Positions 18,510 through 26,464 of a stretch of 64,000 nucleotides of DNA are shown one piece after another. The stretch spans positions 542 through 64,541 of the forward strand of contig CANTCS010000004.1 of NCBI GenBank assembly GCA_947652375.1, in the 5' to 3' direction. Both the position numbers and the translations under genes were made by a program. The notes under the pieces were generated by a model. It worked only from the letters and a program-made list of their open reading frames with translations, made no database searches and had not been told where the DNA came from. Source of the DNA: an uncultured Mollicutes bacterium. GTDB taxonomy: Bacteria > Bacillota_I > Bacilli_A > RF39 > UBA660. How positions within the stretch are numbered: position 1 is the stretch's first letter; the number at the start of each line of letters is the position of its first letter.

Positions 18510-20111
18510 ATGGAGAGAAAATTAAAAATAGTTAGTTGTTTAGTTTTTTTCTTGTTTTTATTAATTAATTGTCCACTAAATGTAGAAGCAATAAATATTA
18601 CAACAAATAATGAAACTTATTCAGGTGATTCTTCATATAAAAAAGTAACAAATCATGGAAATTTTAAAATTTATACTAATACAAATAGTCATGATACAAC
18701 AAATTTTAGACTATATAAAATAGTAAATATATATTATAATTCTGTTAGAGATGAAATTAAGTATGGCTTTACAACTAATTTCCAAACATTCTTAAATAGT
18801 AGTGATTGTCCAAGTACTTTTAGAGCAATGACTATTGAAATATTTATGTCTTTAAATAAAGGAACCGCTATACGAGATCAATTAGATGGAAATAATTATG
18901 TAGTAAGTGGAGGAAATTTAACATCAAATGATTTTGCAAGACTAATGAGTGCATATGCAGGTTATGTAAGAGAGCACACAATTAGTACTGATGGATATCT
19001 TTCAATGTATTCTCTTTCGACATCTGGTCGACCATATAAAATGTCAGATTATGTTGAAGCGGGGACACATTTAGCTTTGCCAGATGATAGCATAGGAGCT
19101 GATTATGGAGTATCAGTCTTTGGAGTTATGGTAGATAGTGTAAGACTAGAAAAGAATGGCTCTACTTGGGAATTGAAAGATGCTGAAATTTTAGCTAAAA
19201 CAACTACTACATCTTTATCACATCAAATAGCTGCTAACTATCAAGGACCATTTAATTTGTCAGCAGACGTGGGCTATGGAGGTAGTCCAGAAGGTAAAAT
19301 TTTATTTGCAATCCCAACATATCCAGCCAATAGTTTAGTCCCTCCAATGATAACGGTAACAATTGATAAAGTTCGAAATGAAAGTGGTTGGCTTACTTTT
19401 GTTACTTCTGGATTTTCAATATCTGATATGTCATCAACTGGAGGAACAATTAAATATAATAATCAAACTGTTGGAACAGCTGTTAGAAATAGTAGTACAG
19501 GACAAGTTAAAGTAAAGTTTACAAGTATAAGTCTTATTCCTAAAACAATAGAATTTAAATATCATGCTGAGTCTCTAAACTCAATTAATAGTGTAATGGG
19601 AGCTAACAAAAGAAATGCGAAATTAGAGTTTAGTGATCCTTATACATCTTCTGAAACAGTAGCAATAAATACAGCAGAGAGTAGAGATGCAATATTTTAT
19701 ACATATGCCTTACAAATAACAGGAACAAATGGAGCGGTATTTAAAATTACAGATAGCTCAGGAGTATCTAAGGGAACAATAACAATTGGAAGTGATGGAA
19801 TTGGTGAATTAAAAGGCTTAAAATCTGGAACTTATACAGTAACTCAAACAAAAGCCCCAGCTGGTTATGCATTAATAAGTGATTCTCAAACAGTAAAAGT
19901 AGGAACTGGAGGAACACAAGTATCAGGAAAAACAGGATATTATAATATTACAATGAGAAATAGTATTCTTTTAGTCCTTCCATTTACTGGAAGTAAAGGA
20001 ACAATTATATTTTCAATTATAGGAAGTTTACTAATTATAGTTTCAATAATATTTTTAATAAAATATAAAAAGAAGAAAAATAAAGTAAATCAAAATACAA
20101 CTACTAACTAG
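18510..20111 (+). CDS. LPxTG-anchored surface protein, adhesin/pilin-like, paralogue B
   Basis: Same architecture as 7926-9515. The 3' ~130 nt are near-identical to paralogue A. LPFTGS motif. ATG 18510 follows AAGGAG (the ORF track starts at GTG 18498). Confidence 0.85.
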   Translation: MERKLKIVSCLVFFLFLLINCPLNVEAINITTNNETYSGDSSYKKVTNHGNFKIYTNTNSHDTTNFRLYKIVNIYYNSVRDEIKYGFTTNFQTFLNSSDCPSTFRAMTIEIFMSLNKGTAIRDQLDGNNYVVSGGNLTSNDFARLMSAYAGYVREHTISTDGYLSMYSLSTSGRPYKMSDYVEAGTHLALPDDSIGADYGVSVFGVMVDSVRLEKNGSTWELKDAEILAKTTTTSLSHQIAANYQGPFNLSADVGYGGSPEGKILFAIPTYPANSLVPPMITVTIDKVRNESGWLTFVTSGFSISDMSSTGGTIKYNNQTVGTAVRNSSTGQVKVKFTSISLIPKTIEFKYHAESLNSINSVMGANKRNAKLEFSDPYTSSETVAINTAESRDAIFYTYALQITGTNGAVFKITDSSGVSKGTITIGSDGIGELKGLKSGTYTVTQTKAPAGYALISDSQTVKVGTGGTQVSGKTGYYNITMRNSILLVLPFTGSKGTIIFSIIGSLLIIVSIIFLIKYKKKKNKVNQNTTTN

Positions 20112-20163
20112 TTGTATTTTGATTTTATTATTATCTAACTAAAATATTATTAAAATTTTTGCT

Positions 20164-20198
20164 AAAAAAATTATAGAAAATTTCTATAATTTTTTTTA
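20164..20198 (+). terminator. Bidirectional-looking terminator after adhesin B
   Basis: A-run, ATTATAGA stem, TCTATAAT stem, then T-run. Confidence 0.6.
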
Positions 20199-20361
20199 TT
20201 TTATGCTATAATTAAATAAAAGAATATAAAACTATTAAAAATAAAGAATAGAGAGGGAAGTATAATATGAAAATTTATTTATAATAATCTTTGAAAAAAA
20301 GAGAACGAAACAACTAGTATTTTAACATTTTAAAACAATTATAAAAAGGAAGTTGATAATA

Positions 20362-21225
20362 ATGAGTAGAATAAAAAATAAGACTACAAAAAATATAATC
20401 TCGATATTAATGCTAACAATTGGAACAATAATAGCTTCATTAGCATTAGAGTGTTTTTTAATTCCGAATACTATTTTAGATGGGGGTATTACTGGTATAT
20501 CTATAATAATTTCTAAATTATCAAAAATACCTTTAGCATTTTTGGTATTAGTTTTAAATATTCCTTTCATATTTATAGGTTTTAAAAATCTAGGAAAAAG
20601 TTTTCTTTTAAGAACTTTATATTCTATGATTTGTTTTTCTTTTTTTCTATCATTTTTTGGTAACTTTAAACCGTTTACAGAAGAAATTCTATTAGCAACA
20701 GTTTTCGGTGGAGCTTTATTAGGTTCAGGAGTTGGTATAGTTATTCATTTTGGAGGATGCGTTGATGGTACTGAAAGTGTAGCAATTGTAATAAGTAAAA
20801 GAACAAATTTAAGCGTTGGTCAAATAGTTTTGATGTTCAATTTAATAATTTATACAACAGCAGGTTTTATATTTGGCTTTGATAGAGCAATGTATTCACT
20901 ATTGACCTATCTAATAACATTCAAAGTAATAGATTTTGTATCAGAAGGGTTAGAGCAAGCTAAAGCTGCCTTAATAATAACAGCTAAAGGAACTTCACTA
21001 TCTAAAGAAATTTATGCAAAATTAGGAAGAACAACAACAACAATTAAAGGAAAAGGATTAATAAGCGGAGAAAAAGAAGTTTTATATTGTGTTTTAACTA
21101 GAATTGAAATATATGAATTAAAAAACTTGGTGGAAGAAATGGATGAAAGTGCTTTTATAACTATATTAGATGTTTCAGATATTATTGGAACTCATATAAA
21201 AAGTAATAACAAAAGAAAAATTTAG
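20362..21225 (+). CDS. YitT-family membrane protein (DUF2179 C-terminal domain)
   Basis: Five to six TM helices plus a C-terminal soluble domain typical of YitT. ATG 20362 lies 9 nt after AAAGGAAG. Confidence 0.8.
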   Translation: MSRIKNKTTKNIISILMLTIGTIIASLALECFLIPNTILDGGITGISIIISKLSKIPLAFLVLVLNIPFIFIGFKNLGKSFLLRTLYSMICFSFFLSFFGNFKPFTEEILLATVFGGALLGSGVGIVIHFGGCVDGTESVAIVISKRTNLSVGQIVLMFNLIIYTTAGFIFGFDRAMYSLLTYLITFKVIDFVSEGLEQAKAALIITAKGTSLSKEIYAKLGRTTTTIKGKGLISGEKEVLYCVLTRIEIYELKNLVEEMDESAFITILDVSDIIGTHIKSNNKRKI

Positions 21226-21419
21226 GAAACTAAGTTTTTTTATTTGCCTATAATTTTAATTTACTTATATATCATTTGAAGTCATCTCACTAGATTTTAG
21301 ATTTCTTTGTTTAATTCTCACAAAAATAAAGTATCAATTTTATAAATAAATAACTAAAATTAATAAATTTTGATTAATGTAAAAAAACTTAATTAATTTT
21401 TAATTTTTAAAAAAAACTT

Positions 21420-21467
21420 AAAAAAGTGTTGACATTTTAAAATGTTATTAATATAATGTTAATAACA
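21420..21467 (+). promoter_or_regulatory. Promoter (TTGACA-17-TATAAT) overlapped by a 23-bp near-palindrome: candidate NAD-regulon operator, copy 1
   Basis: TTGACA 21429-21434, TATAAT 21452-21457, palindrome GTTATTAATATAATGTTAATAAC 21444-21466. 45 of 48 nt identical to 29046-29093. Confidence 0.75.
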
Positions 21468-21538
21468 AGCGGGAAAACTTGTTAAAAAATTTAACTATAG
21501 TTATTAACAAAATATTAAAAAGAAGGGTGATGTTGAAA

Positions 21539-21946
21539 ATGGAATTAAATTTTACAAAAGAACAAATGATTTTAATACTAAAAGAATATTATAAAAATCA
21601 TTTTGATATTGAAGGAGAAATTGAAATAAAAGCTTATTCTTCTCAAGTTGGGTATGAAATGTATCCATCACTAGCTACAGTAGTAGAAATGAAGATAGTA
21701 GGTGATATGGATATTAATAATATGAAAACTAAAATAGAACAAAAAATTACAACCGATGATTTAGAAAATGCTTTTAGTTATATATTAAGTAGTAAAAATA
21801 TTGATGTCGAAAGTGTTAAACTTGACAAAGGTATAACATCTATAAGTATTGGTTATGGTTTAGGTGAAAAGAATGTAGAAACTGCTTACTTTAAAGGAGT
21901 GAAAGTTATTACGAAAAATAATAATAAAAATTTAGGAGGAATGTAA
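21539..21946 (+). CDS. Hypothetical protein, first gene of the pncA-pncB operon
   Basis: 135 aa from ATG 21539, 11 nt after AGAAGGG. No recognisable motif. The ORF track start 21479 runs back to just downstream of the operator (21444-21466), within the predicted leader. Confidence 0.6.
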   Translation: MELNFTKEQMILILKEYYKNHFDIEGEIEIKAYSSQVGYEMYPSLATVVEMKIVGDMDINNMKTKIEQKITTDDLENAFSYILSSKNIDVESVKLDKGITSISIGYGLGEKNVETAYFKGVKVITKNNNKNLGGM

Positions 21947-21947
21947 A

Positions 21948-22499
21948 ATGAAAATTAAAAATTTAAAAATGTATAAAGGAATGTTAATTGTTGTAGACAT
22001 GGTTAATGGGTTTGCAAAGAAAGGTGATTTAGCTGATCCTAAAATAGGAGATGTTGTTCCAAGACAAATAGAACTTATTAAAGAAGCAAAAGCAAATGGA
22101 TATTTAATAGTTTTTATTAAAGATACTCATAAGGAAGATTCAGTAGAGCATAAAAGATTTAATGGAAGTAAACATTGTGTTGAAAACTCAGGAGAAGAAT
22201 TAGTAATAGATGAATTAAAAGAATATGAAGATTTAGAAGATACAATTAGTATTCCAAAAAATTCAACAAGTTATATGGAAGCACCAGAATTTAGAGAATT
22301 AATAAGTGAAGCTACTAATATTGAAAAAGTTGATGTAGTTGGATGTTGTACAGATATATGTGTTGCTAATGGAACGATAGGACTTGCAAATTATTTTGAT
22401 CAATGGAATAGAAATGTAGAAATTAGAGTTCATGAAGATGCAATTGCAACATTTTTAGAAGGGATAGACAAAATTATGTTGATGCTGCTAAATTATTAA
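21948..22499 (+). CDS. pncA: Isochorismatase-family nicotinamidase (PncA-like), 3' end probably frameshifted
   Basis: Catalytic D (VVDMVNGF), K (FIKDTH) and C (GCCTDICV). A plausible native C-terminus (NYVDAAKLLMAQQGIKLVKKR*) lies in the -1 frame and ends at 22537. Confidence 0.8.
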   Translation: MKIKNLKMYKGMLIVVDMVNGFAKKGDLADPKIGDVVPRQIELIKEAKANGYLIVFIKDTHKEDSVEHKRFNGSKHCVENSGEELVIDELKEYEDLEDTISIPKNSTSYMEAPEFRELISEATNIEKVDVVGCCTDICVANGTIGLANYFDQWNRNVEIRVHEDAIATFLEGIDKIMLMLLNY

Positions 22500-22659
22500 T
22501 GGCTCAACAAGGAATTAAATTAGTAAAGAAGAGATAGTTTTTTTTAAAACTTTGATATTAATAAAATGATAATAAGAAAATAAAATAATTTATTTGATAT
22601 AAATATATTTTTATAAAAAATGATATTAATGAAATGATAAAAAGATAAAGGAGATTAAA

Positions 22660-24405
22660 ATGAATACAAAGAAATTAAAATTTTTAGAGAGAATATTAAA
22701 TAAATATAATTATAACGGAGTTTACTTTTGTTATAACAATGAGAAAGTTGAACCTGAAAATAATGAGGTAGTAATCAGTGTTTTAGATGACCATTATAGT
22801 GTATATGCAAATTCTTTAGATAACAAATTTAATGCTTATGATTTTAAAAAAGAGGAAATGGTTTTATGTTATGTTGCTTGTTTATTTGATAATGAGGATT
22901 TATATAATGAAATTATGAGTTTTCTTAATGATAAAGAAAATCAAACTTTAATGACAGATTTTTATGAATTAACAATGGCTCAAACTTACTTCAATGAAGG
23001 AAAGAAAGATGAAAAAGTATTTTTTGATATTTTCTTCCGTAAAAATCCTTTTGAAGGTGGTTATACAATGAGTGGAGGACTTGATGAAACAATTAAATAT
23101 ATTGAAAATCTACGTTTTTCTGATAGTGATATTAAATATTTAAGAAAATTAGGAAAGTTTAATGACGAATTTTTAAATTATCTTGCTGATTTAGAGTTTA
23201 GTGGAGATGTATATGGTGTTCCAGATGGAACTGCAATTTTTCCAAATGAGCCAGTGCTTACTGTAGAAACTGATATTATTACTGCTCAACTTTTAGAGAC
23301 TGCTTTACTTGCTAACTTTAATCATGGTTCTTTAGTAACAACAGCAGCAAAAAGAGTTACAAGTGAGGCAAATAATAATGGTAAACAAATTCCAGTTATG
23401 GAGTTTGGAGCACGTCGTGGACGTGGTGTTAATTCTGCAATCGAAGCAAGTAAGAATGCTTTTATTGGAGGCTGCTGTGGAACAAGTAATACTAAAGCAG
23501 GGAAATTATATGGAATTCCAGTACTTGGAACTATGGCACATTCTCTTGTAACAGAGAGTGAAAATGAATATGAAGCATTTTTAGGATATGCTAAAAGTAA
23601 TCCAGATAATTGTATTTTCCTAGTTGATACTTATGACACACTAAAAAGTGGTATTCCTAATGCTATTAGAGTTGCAAATGAATATTTAAAACCAAATGGA
23701 TTTAGTTTTAAAGGAATTAGAATTGATAGTGGAGATTTAGCTTATTTATCAAAAGAAGCAAGAAAAATGTTAGATGAGGCAGGTTATCCTGATGCAACAA
23801 TTTGCTTATCTAATGGTTTAAATGAATACAGTATCAGTGACTTATTAAAACAAGGTGCAGTAATTGATTCAATAGGAGCAGGTGATAATATTGCAGCTCC
23901 AAATGAAAGAGTTGGTGGAGTATATAAATTAGTAGCTGTAGAAAAAGATGGTGTTATAGAAGATAGAATTAAAGTAAGTGAAGATAGTATTAAAACTATC
24001 AATCCAGCAAGAAAAAGAGTTTATCGTTTCTATGACAAAGATACTGGTTATGCTTTAGGTGATGTTATTACATTAGCAGAAGAAAAAATTGCAGATAATC
24101 AATATACTCTTGTTCATCCAGTTGAAACATGGAAAAAAACTACACTTAAAAATTATAATGTTCGTCCATTATTAGAGCCAATTTTTAAAGATGGAAAATT
24201 AGTATACAAAGATCCATCTATAAAAGAAAAACAAACATATTGTCATCAAGAATATGAAAGTTTATATCCAGAAGTTACACGTATTTCTAAACCTAGTGAA
24301 TATTATGTAGATTTATCTAATAAATTAAGAGAATTAAAAAATGAACTTATTAAATTACATCAAGAAGAAGTTTTAGAAAAATCTTATCAAAAGATAAAAA
24401 AGTAG
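22660..24405 (+). CDS. pncB: Nicotinate phosphoribosyltransferase with a ~95 aa N-terminal extension
   Basis: The NAPRTase core starts at TLMTDFYELTMAQTYF (about residue 96). GTMAHS motif present. Confidence 0.92.
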   Translation: MNTKKLKFLERILNKYNYNGVYFCYNNEKVEPENNEVVISVLDDHYSVYANSLDNKFNAYDFKKEEMVLCYVACLFDNEDLYNEIMSFLNDKENQTLMTDFYELTMAQTYFNEGKKDEKVFFDIFFRKNPFEGGYTMSGGLDETIKYIENLRFSDSDIKYLRKLGKFNDEFLNYLADLEFSGDVYGVPDGTAIFPNEPVLTVETDIITAQLLETALLANFNHGSLVTTAAKRVTSEANNNGKQIPVMEFGARRGRGVNSAIEASKNAFIGGCCGTSNTKAGKLYGIPVLGTMAHSLVTESENEYEAFLGYAKSNPDNCIFLVDTYDTLKSGIPNAIRVANEYLKPNGFSFKGIRIDSGDLAYLSKEARKMLDEAGYPDATICLSNGLNEYSISDLLKQGAVIDSIGAGDNIAAPNERVGGVYKLVAVEKDGVIEDRIKVSEDSIKTINPARKRVYRFYDKDTGYALGDVITLAEEKIADNQYTLVHPVETWKKTTLKNYNVRPLLEPIFKDGKLVYKDPSIKEKQTYCHQEYESLYPEVTRISKPSEYYVDLSNKLRELKNELIKLHQEEVLEKSYQKIKK

Positions 24406-24421
24406 AGTTTGGTGAATTAGT

Positions 24422-25048
24422 ATGCGTAAAGAAAAATTGGAACAACTACATAATTATATTAATGAGTTGAAAACGGTACGTAGGACTCTTATAGAACCTG
24501 AATATATCAATATTGATGGTAAATTGCAAAGAAAAGAAGGTTTTATAAATGTTGAAAAATATATGGTGGAACTTGTTAACGGAATGAAAATACCACGAGA
24601 AAAGATTTTAAAAGGTGGAAAAAATAAAAGTGCAGCGGTTGTTATGCCAGTAACAAAAGATAACAATGTCGTTTTAGTTATTCAGTCAAGGAGCAGTACT
24701 CATGAATCAGTTTGTGTAGAGTTTCCGTCTGGTTATATTGAAGAAGGAGAAGACCCAGTTTATGGTGGAGCTAGAGAAGTTACAGAAGAAACTGGTTATA
24801 TTCCAGAAGAAATGGTCTTATTAGATAAATTCTATCAAGACCAATCTTGTGGAGTATGTGCCTATAATTACAATTATCTAGCTTTAGGGTGTCAAAAAAA
24901 ACAAAATCAACAATTAGATGAAAATGAAGCAATAAGATATTTAGAATGTACTATTGATGAAGTATTTGAATTGTTAGAAAAAGGATATATTACCGACATT
25001 CAAACAAAGTACACTCTAAATCTTGCTAAACAGTATATAAAGAGATAA
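24422..25048 (+). CDS. Nudix hydrolase, ADP-ribose pyrophosphatase-like
   Basis: Nudix box GYIEEGEDPVYGGAREVTEETGY. Confidence 0.85.
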   Translation: MRKEKLEQLHNYINELKTVRRTLIEPEYINIDGKLQRKEGFINVEKYMVELVNGMKIPREKILKGGKNKSAAVVMPVTKDNNVVLVIQSRSSTHESVCVEFPSGYIEEGEDPVYGGAREVTEETGYIPEEMVLLDKFYQDQSCGVCAYNYNYLALGCQKKQNQQLDENEAIRYLECTIDEVFELLEKGYITDIQTKYTLNLAKQYIKR

Positions 25049-25085
25049 TAAAAGAAAGAGTGTGTTATTATGAAAAAAAATTGGA

Positions 25086-26309
25086 ATGACTTTTCCAAGA
25101 CAAGATACATCCCTAGGTTTAGAACCGTCATTACTTACGGTTCTACCTGAAGGGGATAATGTAATTTATTCCATGGAAAACAAAGATTTTAATGATGAAG
25201 AAGTAGAAAATTATGCTTGTTCAGTATATATTACTGGAATGAATGAATTTAAAGAATGGGCTAAGAAGCATGATCGCGAAAAAATTATTGTAGGTGGATA
25301 TGAACCAACGATTAATCCAGAAGAATTTGTACCATATGCTAAAAAAGTGATGGTAGGTCCTTGTGATGATTGGTATCAAAGCATTGCTCAAGAAGGAAAT
25401 ATTATCAAAGGAATAACTACTAATAAAAAAATTCCAAGATATGATTTGTATGACATAAAAAATAATCAACAAATAATTCCTGATAAAAAAATTGATGATA
25501 TTTGTACATCTATAGATACATCTCAAGGATGTCCCTTTAAATGTGATTTTTGTTGTAGTCCTTTAATGTGTGATAAACTAATGTCAAAACCTCTTGATTT
25601 GATAAAAAAAGAAGTTGCATATTTAAAGCAATTTAATCCTAAATTTGTTTTTATTCGTGATGAAAATTTTCCTCTTCAAAAAGATTGGAGGGAACGTCTT
25701 CAAGCAATTAATGAAATGGGAGCTAAGATATATCTTTTTGCATCAGCTAATCTTTTGAATGAAGAAACGGTTAAATTTATGAAAGAAAATAATGTTTATA
25801 TGGTATGCTTAGGTTTAGAAGATATTACAGTTGATTATACTAAAAATAAAACTTTAAATGAAGCTTGTAGATTACTTCATGATAATGATATTATGGTTTA
25901 TTTATCTTTCATCGTTAATCCCTTAAAAGTAAGAACCCAAGCAGAAAGTGATGAATTCTATTCTAAATTATTAGATAGATTTATTGAACTTCGTCCTGAA
26001 ATGGTTTGTGGAAACTTTTTAATGCCTTTTAGAGGTACTAAAATTTGGGATGATTATAAAGAATTAGTTTCTGAAGATGATTATGATTTTTATAATTCTA
26101 AAAGTGCTTTTTTAGAAAAAAATCAAGAAAATCGACAACGTATGGAATATGAAATGTTTTATTATCAATGGTTATATTATAATTCAGAATTTTATCAAGA
26201 AAATATTAGAAAGTTTCAAATAAAAGATACTCTACATTTAAGATTTCTTGAATTGGAAGAACAATTTGAAGATTCAAAAAATCTTAAGGTTTATAAAAAG
26301 TTAATATAA
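25086..26309 (+). CDS. Radical SAM protein with an N-terminal B12-binding-like domain
   Basis: CPFKCDFC (CX3CX2C). IVGGYEPTINPEEF is typical of the class B N-terminal domain. Confidence 0.8.
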   Translation: MTFPRQDTSLGLEPSLLTVLPEGDNVIYSMENKDFNDEEVENYACSVYITGMNEFKEWAKKHDREKIIVGGYEPTINPEEFVPYAKKVMVGPCDDWYQSIAQEGNIIKGITTNKKIPRYDLYDIKNNQQIIPDKKIDDICTSIDTSQGCPFKCDFCCSPLMCDKLMSKPLDLIKKEVAYLKQFNPKFVFIRDENFPLQKDWRERLQAINEMGAKIYLFASANLLNEETVKFMKENNVYMVCLGLEDITVDYTKNKTLNEACRLLHDNDIMVYLSFIVNPLKVRTQAESDEFYSKLLDRFIELRPEMVCGNFLMPFRGTKIWDDYKELVSEDDYDFYNSKSAFLEKNQENRQRMEYEMFYYQWLYYNSEFYQENIRKFQIKDTLHLRFLELEEQFEDSKNLKVYKKLI

Positions 26310-26464
26310 TTTAGAAAAACATAATAAAAAAATATAATGATGAGATTTATTTATTGAAACTATAATGAATAATTGTAAATTTTATAAAGAAAGTGATATT
26401 ATATAAAAGTGGATAATGTTGAGTTTTAATTTAATAAAGTTAAAAATGAAAAGGAGAGATTTAT

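Noticed and set aside
7340-20111. Diversity-generating retroelement (TR/VR) as an explanation for the adhesin repeat copies
   Set aside because: Differences between copies are not adenine-specific (A/T, G/A and C/A changes are all seen). No reverse transcriptase or Avd-like gene is in the window. Homologous recombination fits better.
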